DNA of 58,483 nucleotides from Eubacteriales bacterium (GTDB lineage Bacteria; Bacillota; Clostridia; Oscillospirales; CAG-272), in NCBI GenBank assembly GCA_045652835.1, contig JAZOLE010000180.1:1-58483 (forward strand), given 5' to 3'. Below the pieces are notes generated by a model. That model saw only the letters and a list, made by a program, of their open reading frames with translations. It made no database searches and was not told where the DNA came from. This document shows positions 1-9,834 of the stretch, in pieces (positions within the stretch are counted from its first letter, which is position 1; each line of letters opens with the position of its first letter). The position numbers were made by a program, and so were the translations under genes.

Positions 1-25
1 TTTTGTTTCCTAAATTCAGTTGCAT
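1..25 (-). CDS. 5' end of a CDS running off the window (MQLNLGNK...)
   Basis: AAGGAGA lies 6 nt upstream of the ATG at 25 on the minus strand. Only 8 codons are visible. Confidence 0.25.
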
Positions 26-390
26 AATCGTTCTCCTTATTGTGAGTGATCACCGGTGTAATTGCATTATACATCATTTTATGAGAAAAAACAATTATCA
101 AATGGTTGTTTCAAATACAACTAACATTTGGAAAATAGTAAGGAGGATCAAAATTGCATAACATTATTGAAAATGTTATAATAAAATCATCGATAAATTG
201 AACCTTTTGGAACGCAAAAGCAACTTTATAAGCGAGAAAATCCGAAGTCGTGACGATTCTGCTGTTCAATATTTTCAACCGATAGTTTAGCCAATGTTTC
301 CTATCAATACCTTTACATCTCGATAATTTCTGATATAATAAAAACAGAAGCAGACGTCGGCTTACTTTTTATATCAACGGAGGTATGAAT

Positions 391-1461
391 ATGGATATCA
401 ATATTGGCTCAAACATTAAGCGTTTGCGCATCTCAAAAAACATCACGCAGGAACAGCTTTCGGTTGCTATGGGCGTATCCTGTGCTGCTGTCAGCAAATG
501 GGAAAGAGGGGAGAGCTATCCCGATATTACGCTCTTGCAGCCTCTTGCCTATTATTTTGAAGTAAGTCTTGATAAGCTGATGGGCTATGACCGTGAAAAG
601 GTGCAGACTGAGATTCAAAAAATCATTAAGCTTTATCTTATTCATCGTAACGATCAAACGGGGCGAGATATCATCGTCAAGGCGCGCCGCGACTATCCGA
701 CAGATTATTGGATCATGCATTATTACATGTGGAATATTGCAGGAGACGCTGATAATGATCCTGCGGTCCTGATCAAACACAAGGATGAATTTCTTGCAAT
801 TTGTGAAAAAATACTGGAAGACTGTACCGAAGAGGTCATAAGACTCAATGCATGGAATATGCGTGCCAAGATCTTGCATGCTGAAGGAAAGACGGATGAA
901 GCCTTGGAGATATACAGAACCAAATTTATCAACTGGTATCTGACAGCCGGACAAAAGAGTGAGCAGCTGTTTGCAAAAGACACGGATGAGTATTACTTTT
1001 GGGTCAGCAAAAACATGTACGAGCTTGTCGCTTTTTCGGGGGATAAGCTTGGCCGCGTCATTTTCTTTGATCACACGCTTAGTATGAAAGAAAAAGCGGA
1101 GAAAGCAATCAAATACGGTGAGTTGTTGTTAAGTGCATTGGATGAAACGGGAGATATATTCTTTGCAGGGCTCGCGGAAGCATTCCTGAATAGGATGAGA
1201 AACGATTTCACTTTCAGAGGCGGCGATGACGAGAGCATTATTACCTTGCTTGATATGAACCTCTATGCAGCACAAAAAATTGCTCGGGCAGTAAAGCATG
1301 ATGAAGCCGTCCATCAAGCGTATTTTCCTGACCGTGTAAACGTCACATCGGACGATTTTCTCGCTTGGCTTGTGGAAAGCCTTTTGAATGCGCAAGAAGG
1401 CAGACACGCTGAGCTTCTAAACAATCCCGATTATGTTGCAGTTTTGAATAAGTACAGATAA
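391..1461 (+). CDS. XRE-family HTH transcriptional regulator with a long helical (TPR-like) C-terminal domain
   Basis: IKRLRISKNITQEQLSVAMGVSCAAVSKWERGESYPD is a classic Cro/C1 HTH. GGAGG lies 7 nt before the ATG at 391 (track ORF starts at 385). Confidence 0.8.
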   Translation: MDINIGSNIKRLRISKNITQEQLSVAMGVSCAAVSKWERGESYPDITLLQPLAYYFEVSLDKLMGYDREKVQTEIQKIIKLYLIHRNDQTGRDIIVKARRDYPTDYWIMHYYMWNIAGDADNDPAVLIKHKDEFLAICEKILEDCTEEVIRLNAWNMRAKILHAEGKTDEALEIYRTKFINWYLTAGQKSEQLFAKDTDEYYFWVSKNMYELVAFSGDKLGRVIFFDHTLSMKEKAEKAIKYGELLLSALDETGDIFFAGLAEAFLNRMRNDFTFRGGDDESIITLLDMNLYAAQKIARAVKHDEAVHQAYFPDRVNVTSDDFLAWLVESLLNAQEGRHAELLNNPDYVAVLNKYR

Positions 1462-1463
1462 CA

Positions 1464-1497
1464 AAAACCCCAACCTCCGAATGGAGGTTGGGTTTTT
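1464..1497. terminator. bidirectional intrinsic terminator between convergent regulator genes
   Basis: aaaaaCCCCAACCTCCgaatGGAGGTTGGGttttt, with A-run and T-run flanks. Confidence 0.8.
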
Positions 1498-1511
1498 GGG
1501 ATTATGTAAGA

Positions 1512-2672
1512 TTAAGCATCACAAAGAACTTTCTCGATTTCCTTAACCGCGTTTTTATATCGTTCCGACTTTGTAAAATCATTATCTTCACTCGAATACA
1601 ACCCACTAAAACTAAATGCCCAATGTGGTGTTCGCTCTGCAAAGAACTTGTAATCTGCTGAAATTTCTTTATCTTGTGTCTTTCCTTTTACCCACACATA
1701 CATTTCACAAGCAGTTTTTGCGGCGTTATCCAATGCCTTATATGCAGCATCATAATCGTTATTCAATAAATACGTTTTACACTGCATGGTGTACGCCGAG
1801 ATAAGATAACAATATGGCATCTTTTCATAAGAGTTCACGTTAAGAGTTGTTGCATCCAAATACAAAGATACTGCCGTTTTTGCAACGCTTTCGGCGTGCT
1901 CCAATATCAATATGGATTTGTCTTTCTCATACACACCGAAATTCACGCTTTCATACAATGCTCTCAAATAATCCAAGCATTTTTCTTTATCTGCAATTAA
2001 CTTAACTTGATTCGCTTTGTCAACTGCTTTTTGAGCGTACAATACTTTGCTTTGTGCTACGTTCTTTATTCCGCATGTTTCCGGAAGCATTTCAACAAAG
2101 TGCAGAGCTTCATCAAAGTTATCGTTCAAGAGCATAAGCCCAATCATCAACTGATTTGCCTGTATCTGAAGTTCTATAACCAAAGTGTTGTTACAAACCG
2201 AAGACAGCATCGATTTACACTGCGTATAGACGGATTCATAGATATCTGCTTCAATATGAAATTTTCCTCTTACCTTACCTACCAAAAGATAATCATATAA
2301 TGCTAATGCGCATTTATATTTTACCTCATAATCGGTAGGATACTTGCGCAGATACTCCATATACAGATTGGCGACCAACAAATCGGCATTGTTTTCTTTT
2401 GTATTGACAGAATAATTTGCCCAAACGGTATTTACGTTGCGGATTAGTGTTTCGTGATCGGCTTTTTCGTCAAATCCGACTCCAAGCAAATAATCGGTTG
2501 AAACACAAAGAATGCTTGCAAGTGGAACGATTTGAGATATGTCCGGCATTGTGTTATTACATTCCCAATTAGATATTGATTGCACTGAAACCCCAATATG
2601 TTCTGCAAGCATAGCTTGCGACAAGCCTGCATCGGTGCGCAGCTTTTTAATTTTCTGACCAAAATTCAACAT
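1512..2672 (-). CDS. XRE-family HTH transcriptional regulator with a helical C-terminal domain (paralogue of 391..1461)
   Basis: MLNFGQKIKKLRTDAGLSQAMLAEHIGVSVQSISNWECNNTMPD is an HTH. AAGGA lies 6 nt before the ATG at 2672. It shares the (R/K)YPTDY motif with the neighbouring regulator. Confidence 0.8.
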   Translation of the reverse strand: MLNFGQKIKKLRTDAGLSQAMLAEHIGVSVQSISNWECNNTMPDISQIVPLASILCVSTDYLLGVGFDEKADHETLIRNVNTVWANYSVNTKENNADLLVANLYMEYLRKYPTDYEVKYKCALALYDYLLVGKVRGKFHIEADIYESVYTQCKSMLSSVCNNTLVIELQIQANQLMIGLMLLNDNFDEALHFVEMLPETCGIKNVAQSKVLYAQKAVDKANQVKLIADKEKCLDYLRALYESVNFGVYEKDKSILILEHAESVAKTAVSLYLDATTLNVNSYEKMPYCYLISAYTMQCKTYLLNNDYDAAYKALDNAAKTACEMYVWVKGKTQDKEISADYKFFAERTPHWAFSFSGLYSSEDNDFTKSERYKNAVKEIEKVLCDA

Positions 2673-2834
2673 ATTCATTCCTTCTTTCACAGTTTGATTG
2701 AAAGATTGTAGCTACTCTTTCTGATCATATTATAGCAGTAAATATATATAAATGAAATATAGCAAACCGTTAACACGATTATAAATGCATTTATACACCA
2801 CGTTATAATAGAACACTTTTACTTAACAACAAGA

Positions 2835-2867
2835 CGCCGAGAATAACCATAACGGTTGCTCTCGGCG
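2835..2867 (-). terminator. hairpin downstream of the DUF4956 gene
   Basis: CGCCGAGA...TCTCGGCG stem followed by a T-rich tract on the minus strand. Confidence 0.5.
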
Positions 2868-2885
2868 GTGTGTTATTTGTTTGTA

Positions 2886-3608
2886 TCAATCGTCGGACGC
2901 TTTCTGGGTAATCGAAATATTCAGGTTGCCGTTACGAACGCGGATATCGTCGATCAGCGCCTTCTGTGCGTTCTTATCCTTGAGGCGGATTCTGTAACGC
3001 AGTTCGGTCAGCGTACCGTATTCTACCGACTTAACTCTCTCAAGGTCAAAGCTCTTGCAGTGCTGCTTGAGAACAGGCTCAAATACGCCTGCAAAATCAA
3101 GAGATTCGGGAATCATAACAGTCAATCTCATCGAACCGCCGCCGATGCGGTCAAAGCCGGTCAGAGAAGCGATGATAATCACGGCAAGGATAATGCCGAT
3201 GGCAATTGCAGCAAAGCCGATACCGCCCGTACCGCAAGCCATACCGACTGCAGCGGAGAGGTAAATGAAGATCAGATCGCTGGGATTTTCAACCGAATGT
3301 CTGAAACGGATGAGTGCAAGACCACCACCGATGGAGATCGCACGCGCCAAGTTAGAACCGACTGCGATAACGATGACCGATACGATGGGACCCATCAAAA
3401 GGATGGTGAACAAGGATTTCGTGGAATACGCTCTTTTACGGTTTACAAGCAAGTAAACCAAGGTAACGAGCAACGACATACCGATGCTCGAACCAACCAA
3501 AGCAAGCGTCTTGCCGAGCGTCAGCGTGGATACGCCCGTGGTAGCTGTGTCATAATAAATTTGAATATTTACCAGTAACTGGTTGAAAAAGTTTTGTAAA
3601 GCCTGCAT
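2886..3608 (-). CDS. DUF4956-type membrane protein (usual partner of bacterial VTC-domain proteins)
   Basis: Multi-pass TM protein with LALIRFRHSVENPSDLIFIYLSAAVGMACG. AAAGGAG RBS. Lies 15 nt downstream of the VTC gene. Confidence 0.7.
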   Translation of the reverse strand: MQALQNFFNQLLVNIQIYYDTATTGVSTLTLGKTLALVGSSIGMSLLVTLVYLLVNRKRAYSTKSLFTILLMGPIVSVIVIAVGSNLARAISIGGGLALIRFRHSVENPSDLIFIYLSAAVGMACGTGGIGFAAIAIGIILAVIIIASLTGFDRIGGGSMRLTVMIPESLDFAGVFEPVLKQHCKSFDLERVKSVEYGTLTELRYRIRLKDKNAQKALIDDIRVRNGNLNISITQKASDD

Positions 3609-3623
3609 ATTCGATAATCTCCT

Positions 3624-4373
3624 TTATACAAATCCTGTTAGCAAAAATTCTTCGATACCGTTGTTTTTGAGTATGTTTTTCTTCAGATCGGTACCGATCT
3701 TGGAAAACGTATGGAACGAAAGACCAAACTCGCTCATGATCTTCACAAACCAATAGGGAACTGCGCCTGCGAATTTGACCTCCACGATCATCTTGTCGGG
3801 CGGCAGCAGCGGTTCACCGTATCTACCGCTTTCCAAAGAAAGATCATATCGTCTTGAAACTATGTCAAAGTCAAAGGTCACACGGAAATTAGGATCTTCC
3901 TTCCCATAGTATGCATTACGCATATAACTGATATATGCGACCGGTTCTACCGGTGTGTGCGAAAGATAATAGTCGATCTCACGCAGCACCTGGGTGTTAA
4001 TGTACTTGGTATCCTTGGGATATTCACGCCGTTCGAGGAAATCGTAAACCTCTTGGAGCGTAATTTTTGCGCGTCGCTTTGTTCCGATGCCGTTTTGCTT
4101 GCGCTTGATCTCTAAAAACACCTTACTGTCAAGACCGGGCGTGTCATAACTGCGCAGTCTGAGCTTTTCCTTGTACTTGGGGAGCTGCACAGAGTTGCGG
4201 ATCACGTCATTATTGGCGTTATCAAAATACAGATTGCAGATCATGTATGGCTTTCCGTCCTTGTTATGTTCATCCGCATTCATGTATTCCTCAATGCGCT
4301 GCTTGAGCGGTTCAGCCAACGAAGCGTCAATTATAATCTTTTTTTCCCGTCGTTGAAACGTATTTCCAGCCAA
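3624..4373 (-). CDS. VTC-domain (polyphosphate-polymerase-like, CYTH-like tunnel fold) protein
   Basis: FQRREKKIII...ICNLYFDN...YKEKLRLRSY...FLEIKRK pattern. TTG start at 4373, 7 nt after GAGGAGG. Confidence 0.65.
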   Translation of the reverse strand: MAGNTFQRREKKIIIDASLAEPLKQRIEEYMNADEHNKDGKPYMICNLYFDNANNDVIRNSVQLPKYKEKLRLRSYDTPGLDSKVFLEIKRKQNGIGTKRRAKITLQEVYDFLERREYPKDTKYINTQVLREIDYYLSHTPVEPVAYISYMRNAYYGKEDPNFRVTFDFDIVSRRYDLSLESGRYGEPLLPPDKMIVEVKFAGAVPYWFVKIMSEFGLSFHTFSKIGTDLKKNILKNNGIEEFLLTGFV

Positions 4374-4449
4374 AGAGTCACCTCCTCATACAATCTTTGC
4401 ATATTTTAGCACACAATGTTGAATTATGAGTGAACCTTGCATGAATAAA

Positions 4450-4484
4450 GTATGACTTTTGCACAAAAAGCACAAAAGTCATAC
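4450..4484 (-). terminator. intrinsic terminator after argH
   Basis: 12-bp stem GTATGACTTTTG/CAAAAGTCATAC, followed by a T-rich tract on the minus strand. Confidence 0.7.
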
Positions 4485-4494
4485 ACGGATGGTT

Positions 4495-5871
4495 TTAATA
4501 TTTCAAATAATTGCGCATAGCTTGTATCTGCTGCATAACGCTTTGGGGTGCAGGGCCGCCATAGCAAGCACGTCCAGCAACACAGGTATCCGGATCGATT
4601 GCTTGATAAACGTCTTGCTCAAAGATGGCATCTGCTTTTTTATATTCATCCAAGGTCAACGTTTCAAGCGTCTTATTATTCGCAATGCAATAAGCAACCA
4701 ATTGCCCCACAACCTTATATGCGCTGCGGAACGGAAGTCCTTTTTTGACCATATAATCAGCACAGTCGGTTGCGTTTATAAAGCCCTTGGAGACCGCATC
4801 GCGTAACGTCTGCACGCGGAACATGGCGGTATCCAGCATTGCTGTAAACAGCTCAAGACAAATCTTTGCCGTGTCAAGCGCATCAAATACCGCTTCTTTA
4901 TCCTCCTGCATGTCCTTGTTATATGCAAGCGGAATACCCTTCATGACAGTCAGCAGGGAAGTCAGATCACCGTAAACGCGCCCTGTTTTACCGCGCACAA
5001 GCTCTGCAATATCGGGATTTTTCTTTTGCGGCATGATGGATGAACCCGTGGAATACGCGTCATCCAAGTCAACAAAGCCAAACTCGGAGGACGACCACAG
5101 AATAATCTCCTCGGAAAAACGCGAGAGATGCATCATCATAATCGAAAGCGCGCTGAGCAGCTCAATGGCATAATCACGATCCGAAACACCGTCCATACTG
5201 TTCTGACAAACGCTGTCGAAGCCCAAAAGCTCGGCAACCATAAAACGATCTATCGGATACGTGGTGCCTGCAAGCGCACAAGAACCTAACGGAAGCACGT
5301 TCATGTTTTTGGCAACGTCATCAAGTCTGCGCGCGTCACGTGCGAACATCTGGCCGTACGCCATCAGATAATGACCGAGCGTTACCGGCTGCGCGCGTTG
5401 CAGATGCGTATATCCGGGCATAATATCGGACGCATGCTGCTCGGATTTGTTGCAAATCACTTCAAGCAAGTTATGCACCAACTCCTTCAACTCGGCAATC
5501 TCATCTCGTAAATATAGGCGCAGGTCAAGCGCTACCTGATCATTTCTGCTTCGAGCGGTATGTAAACGCTTGCCAACGTCGCCAATGCGTGACGTTAATT
5601 CGCTTTCGATAAACATGTGGATATCCTCAGCGCTCATATCAAAAGCAAGCTTGCCTTGTTCAAGATCTGCCAAAATTTCCTTAAGTGTTTTACATATCAG
5701 CTCGGCATCCTGCATGGTAATAATGCCGCAATTGCCAAGCATTGTTGCATGCGCAATTGATCCTTGAATATCTTGCTTATACATTCTGCAATCAAATTGA
5801 ATGGAGGAATTGAAGTCGTTTACACGGCTGTTCAGCTGCTTTTGAAAGCGTCCTGCCCACATGGTATTCAT
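4495..5871 (-). CDS. argH: argininosuccinate lyase
   Basis: MWAGRFQK...QDIQGSIAHATML...GYTHLQRAQP...SSIMPQKKNPD signature motifs. Confidence 0.95.
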   Translation of the reverse strand: MNTMWAGRFQKQLNSRVNDFNSSIQFDCRMYKQDIQGSIAHATMLGNCGIITMQDAELICKTLKEILADLEQGKLAFDMSAEDIHMFIESELTSRIGDVGKRLHTARSRNDQVALDLRLYLRDEIAELKELVHNLLEVICNKSEQHASDIMPGYTHLQRAQPVTLGHYLMAYGQMFARDARRLDDVAKNMNVLPLGSCALAGTTYPIDRFMVAELLGFDSVCQNSMDGVSDRDYAIELLSALSIMMMHLSRFSEEIILWSSSEFGFVDLDDAYSTGSSIMPQKKNPDIAELVRGKTGRVYGDLTSLLTVMKGIPLAYNKDMQEDKEAVFDALDTAKICLELFTAMLDTAMFRVQTLRDAVSKGFINATDCADYMVKKGLPFRSAYKVVGQLVAYCIANNKTLETLTLDEYKKADAIFEQDVYQAIDPDTCVAGRACYGGPAPQSVMQQIQAMRNYLKY

Positions 5872-5900
5872 AAGTAAAGTCCTTTCTTTCTATCAAACGA

Positions 5901-5927
5901 GGGGTGTCTTTGCCATAAAGACACCCC
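5901..5927 (-). terminator. 11-bp hairpin between argG and argH (partial terminator or processing site)
   Basis: GGGGTGTCTTTgccatAAAGACACCCC. On the minus strand it is followed by TCGTTTG. Confidence 0.4.
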
Positions 5928-5939
5928 GTTTGGGTGATA

Positions 5940-7163
5940 TTATTTCTTCTGCGCATCCAGCATTGCTTTGACCTTGATCGGTAAACCGAACAGGTTGATA
6001 AAGCCTGCCGAATCCTTTTGATCGTAAGCACCACCGTCTTCGCCAAACGAAGCAATGGTCTCACTGTAAAGGGAATTGGGGGAAGTGACGCCTGCGTTAA
6101 TGATATTGCCCTTATAAAGCTTGAGCTTCACATCACCGCTGACGGTTTCCTGAGTCTTATCCACGAATGCGGAGAGTGCCTCACGCAAAGGCGTAAACCA
6201 CTGACCGTTATAAACCAGTTCGCCAAACTTAATTGCGATCTGCTGCTTGTAGTGCTGCGTGTCGCGATCCAGTGTGATGGATTCCAAAACCTTGTGTGCA
6301 TGGTACAGAATGGTGCCACCGGGAGTTTCATAGACGCCGCGGCTCTTCATGCCTACCAGACGGTTTTCTACCAGATCAAGCAGACCAATGCCGTTCGCAC
6401 CGCCAAGCTCGTTTAGCTTTTCAACAAGCACGACGCTGTCCATTTCCACGCCGTCAATTGCTGTGGGAATGCCCTTATCGAACGTAATAGTCAGATAAGT
6501 AGGCGTATCGGGAGCCTGTTCGGGACAAACACTCATTTCAAGGAATCCTTGCTTTGCGTAAGTAGGTTCATTTGCGGGATCTTCCAGATCGAGGCCTTCA
6601 TGAGAAAGATGCCAGATATTCTTGTCCTTGGAGTAGTTTGTTTCACGGCTGATCTTGAGCGGAATGTTATGCGCTTCCGCGTAATCGATCTCTTCGTCAC
6701 GGGATTTGATATCCCATACACGCCAAGGTGCAATGATTTGCATATCGGGAGCAAATGCCTTGATTGTCAATTCAAAACGCACCTGGTCATTACCTTTACC
6801 GGTACAGCCGTGACAGATCGCATCCGCACCTTCTTGAATAGCGATCTCTGCAAGGCCCTTGGCAATGCAAGGACGCGCGTGAGAGGTACCCAACAGATAC
6901 TCTTCATAGGATGCACCTGCCTTGAGGCAAGGGAATATATAATTTTCAATATAATCCTTCTTTAAATCAAGCACGTACAGCTTGGAAGCACCGGTTTTAA
7001 TTGCCTTTTCTTCCAGCCCATCAAGCTCAGTTCCTTGACCAACGTCACCGGATACTGCAATGACCTTACATCCGGGATAGTTTTCTTTGAGCCACGGAAT
7101 AATAATTGAGGTGTCAAGACCGCCTGAATATGCAAGAACGATTTTTTTGATTTCTTTTTTCAT
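5940..7163 (-). CDS. argG: argininosuccinate synthase
   Basis: [17 protein letters not shown]-pyrophosphatase motif. Full-length type I ArgG pattern. Confidence 0.95.
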   Translation of the reverse strand: MKKEIKKIVLAYSGGLDTSIIIPWLKENYPGCKVIAVSGDVGQGTELDGLEEKAIKTGASKLYVLDLKKDYIENYIFPCLKAGASYEEYLLGTSHARPCIAKGLAEIAIQEGADAICHGCTGKGNDQVRFELTIKAFAPDMQIIAPWRVWDIKSRDEEIDYAEAHNIPLKISRETNYSKDKNIWHLSHEGLDLEDPANEPTYAKQGFLEMSVCPEQAPDTPTYLTITFDKGIPTAIDGVEMDSVVLVEKLNELGGANGIGLLDLVENRLVGMKSRGVYETPGGTILYHAHKVLESITLDRDTQHYKQQIAIKFGELVYNGQWFTPLREALSAFVDKTQETVSGDVKLKLYKGNIINAGVTSPNSLYSETIASFGEDGGAYDQKDSAGFINLFGLPIKVKAMLDAQKK

Positions 7164-7250
7164 GATATACGCCTTTCAAAAACTGCAATAAAAAATATGA
7201 ATATATTATACTGCATAAATATTAGAATTGCAATAGCAATATTCAACAAT

Positions 7251-7268
7251 CTTGCATATATATTCATG
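7251..7268 (-). promoter_or_regulatory. candidate ArgR/AhrC operator (ARG box) upstream of argG
   Basis: The minus strand reads CATGAATATATATGCAAG. The Bacillus-type ARG box as I recall it is CATGAATAAAAATKCAAK. A weaker TATGAATATATTATAC copy lies at 7196..7211. Confidence 0.45.
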
Positions 7269-7354
7269 TTCAATTTGACTAAAAATCGTGGAATGCATTG
7301 CCATGTGAAATACTATGTATTTCGTTCATACTAAAGGAGAAAGGAGATGATGAC

Positions 7355-8152
7355 ATGACCGTGAAAAATATATGGCGCATATGTAGCAAATTATGCATAA
7401 TTCCCGTATTATGCATTATATTATGCATTTCTGCATCTGCAGCTGAATGCTATCATTGGTACTGCAAGCGTACAGCCGATCACACACAACCGCAGCTTGA
7501 TTCCAATATGCAATGGATCGAGCAATTTAATGCGCTTTATTTGGACAAAGACCATGCCAAACAGGATCAAGAAAAGGTCATCTATCTGACATTCGATGCC
7601 GGATATGAGAACGGAAATATTGCAAAGATTTTGGATGTGATGCGTGATCAGCAAGTCACGGGAGCATTTTTTATTCTCGGAAACCTCATTAACAGAAATC
7701 CCGAGCTTGTCAAGCGTATGGCGAACGAAGGACATCTTGTCTGCAATCACACCTATACGCACAAGAATATCACTCAACTTTCTGCAGAAAATATCAAAGC
7801 AGAATTGAACAGGTTGGAACAATCTTATCAAGAGCTGACAGGCAAACAAATGGATAAATATTTCAGACCCCCGGAAGGAACCTTTGATCAAAAATCCTTG
7901 CAAACGATATGCAACATGGGTTATAAAACGGTATTTTGGAGCTTTGCTTATGCAGATTGGGACAACGGTAAGCAAATGAGTGCGCAAGCAGCCAAGAAAA
8001 AGATCATGGATAACGTGCACAACGGAGAGATCATGCTGCTTCATCCAACCTCGTCTACCAATGCACAAATTATGTCAGATGTGATTCGTGAACTGAAAAA
8101 TATGGGGTATCGGTTCGGCACACTTGACGAACTGGAATTTGAAGCATCATGA
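7355..8152 (+). CDS. pdaA: delta-lactam-biosynthetic de-N-acetylase-like polysaccharide deacetylase
   Basis: YLTFDAGYENGN...FFILGN...NHTYTHKN NodB motifs. AAAGGAG RBS before the ATG at 7355. N-terminal signal or anchor sequence. Confidence 0.7.
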   Translation: MTVKNIWRICSKLCIIPVLCIILCISASAAECYHWYCKRTADHTQPQLDSNMQWIEQFNALYLDKDHAKQDQEKVIYLTFDAGYENGNIAKILDVMRDQQVTGAFFILGNLINRNPELVKRMANEGHLVCNHTYTHKNITQLSAENIKAELNRLEQSYQELTGKQMDKYFRPPEGTFDQKSLQTICNMGYKTVFWSFAYADWDNGKQMSAQAAKKKIMDNVHNGEIMLLHPTSSTNAQIMSDVIRELKNMGYRFGTLDELEFEAS

Positions 8153-8811
8153 GACGTCTGGTTGTGCTTTTGATAGCGACCTGCTGTTTAATGGCAAGTA
8201 TTCCAATCAACGCTCATGCTGCCAATACAGATCAAAAGCGTATCGTATTAACGTTTGATGACGGTCCGCATCCCAAACAGACACGACAGATTTTAGATGT
8301 GCTTGACAGATATGGCATAAAGGCTACGTTCTTTGTCATCGGAATACACGCAAAAACTTATCCCGGAATCATTGCAGAGGTGCTTGAGCGCGGTCATGAG
8401 ATCGGAAATCATACAACTACGCATTCACATGCGAAAAATATGAATATTCAAGATTTGATCCATGAGATCACCGCATGCGAAACCGAAATTTATAACCAGA
8501 CGGGCATTCAAAGTACGTTGTTCAGACCGCCCGAAGGTGCAACAACTGAACAGTCACGACAAGTTGTGAAAAAATTGGGCTATACCAGCGTATTTTGGAC
8601 ACTTGATACGCGCGATTGGGCGCATACTCCGCCGGATAAGATCAGTGATTATATCATAGAAAATGCCAAAAATGGCGATATCATTCTGATGCATGATTAT
8701 ATCGGGGCGAACAGTCCAACTGTAAAAGCTTTGGAATCCTTTATCCCCGTACTGCTTGAACAAGGCTTTACGTTTGTGACAGCAGGCGAATTACTGCAAA
8801 GCATGAAATAA
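8149..8811 (+). CDS. polysaccharide deacetylase family protein (NodB domain), secreted
   Basis: VLTFDDGPHP...FFVIG...NHTTTH motifs. Signal peptide present. ATGA overlap with the upstream gene. Confidence 0.85.
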   Translation: MRRLVVLLIATCCLMASIPINAHAANTDQKRIVLTFDDGPHPKQTRQILDVLDRYGIKATFFVIGIHAKTYPGIIAEVLERGHEIGNHTTTHSHAKNMNIQDLIHEITACETEIYNQTGIQSTLFRPPEGATTEQSRQVVKKLGYTSVFWTLDTRDWAHTPPDKISDYIIENAKNGDIILMHDYIGANSPTVKALESFIPVLLEQGFTFVTAGELLQSMK

Positions 8812-8840
8812 AAAGCCGACCGCACCGCGGTCGGCTTTTT
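8811..8840. terminator. bidirectional intrinsic terminator
   Basis: aaaaAGCCGACCGcaccgCGGTCGGCTtttt. Confidence 0.8.
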
Positions 8841-8843
8841 CAG

Positions 8844-9791
8844 TTATTCAGACGTTACAGCAACGGGATCGATCATGTGCTTTTTGATAACGGGATATGC
8901 ACAGTAAACCGAAATGAATGCCATAAAAGCAAAGAAAAACAGTGCAGGAACAAAGATTAAGAAGCCAAGATTGTATTGCAAGCCAATAAATGCAAGGGCT
9001 GCCCACAAAGCCAAGCACAAAAGAATACCCAAAGCTGCCATCAGATTACGCTTAATTCCAAGTGCTGTAAATATCAATGCGTTTTTCAGCATTTTGTAAA
9101 GAGAAATATTGAATGTAATCATCATCAGATACATGTACATTCTCATGAACATATATACGATTATCAAGGCTGTAATGGCAAAAAACATCAGGTACGACCA
9201 GTAATTTGAGCGAGCGCTCCAAGTGTACATAAAGTCGATGAAAAGCACCACAATCACGCCTGCATCCATAAGACCCAAAATCAAGCCTTGCTTGAAATTC
9301 TTTTTGATAGCATAAAAATAATCCGAGAACATAAATACGCCGTCACCGCGCACAAGACCACGCAGAATGTATGTCACTGCGGTATTTTGCCATCCCCACG
9401 TAAGTGCAAGAATTCCCAACAGCAAGTACGGCAACCAGCTGGCATACGAGTTATACGTGATAAAGTTGATCTGAGGCAATATAGGCATCAGCTTGGTCAT
9501 AATCTCCACGCCGCCCGTGCCTGTAAGCTGCGAGCCCATAAGCGCAGAAAAAGCCGGACTGCTCATTGTAGGCATCTGCGGTCCGTTGAAAAAGATGTAA
9601 ACAGCAAGCGCGATTGGCAGAACCATTGCAAACATCATCAAATTGAGCGTAATCAAGTTTGAAAATTTGCGAAATACAAGCTTAAAAAAGTAACCAAGGT
9701 TAGGCGTAGTATCCTCACCGGGATCAACGCCGCGACCATCTCGATTCATGTCAAAAATATTCGGGATCTTAAATTTCTTTTGCTTTTCCAA
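8844..9791 (-). CDS. DUF624/YesL-family integral membrane protein
   Basis: N-terminal FFKLVFRKFSNLITLNLMMF plus about 6 TM segments. Apparent TTG start. Confidence 0.6.
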   Translation of the reverse strand: MEKQKKFKIPNIFDMNRDGRGVDPGEDTTPNLGYFFKLVFRKFSNLITLNLMMFAMVLPIALAVYIFFNGPQMPTMSSPAFSALMGSQLTGTGGVEIMTKLMPILPQINFITYNSYASWLPYLLLGILALTWGWQNTAVTYILRGLVRGDGVFMFSDYFYAIKKNFKQGLILGLMDAGVIVVLFIDFMYTWSARSNYWSYLMFFAITALIIVYMFMRMYMYLMMITFNISLYKMLKNALIFTALGIKRNLMAALGILLCLALWAALAFIGLQYNLGFLIFVPALFFFAFMAFISVYCAYPVIKKHMIDPVAVTSE

Positions 9792-9834
9792 ATCAGTAAA
9801 TTCCTTTGCAGATAATGAATTTTAAAACAATAAG

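Noticed and set aside
154-201. A 15-codon TTG ORF (MHNIIENVIIKSSIN) behind a perfect AAGGAGG, considered as a quorum pro-peptide for the XRE/TPR regulators.
   Set aside because: It has no signal-peptide-like region. It is very short, uses a non-ATG start, and there is no way to test conservation here. It is kept only as a remark inside the regulator finding.
2856-3578. A 240-aa plus-strand ORF mirroring the 240-aa DUF4956 gene.
   Set aside because: The minus-strand product has clear TM organisation, a strong RBS and the expected VTC partner. The plus-strand product is Arg/Asp/Gly-rich nonsense.
7298-7354. An upstream extension of the pdaA-like ORF (MPCEILCISFILKEKGDDD...). Similar 5' extensions occur at 385, 2690, 10662, 12717, 16059, 24478, 30376, 42217, 51507 and 57651.
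   Set aside because: In each case an internal ATG is preceded at 5-8 nt by a strong Shine-Dalgarno sequence. That internal start also matches the usual N-terminus of the family.
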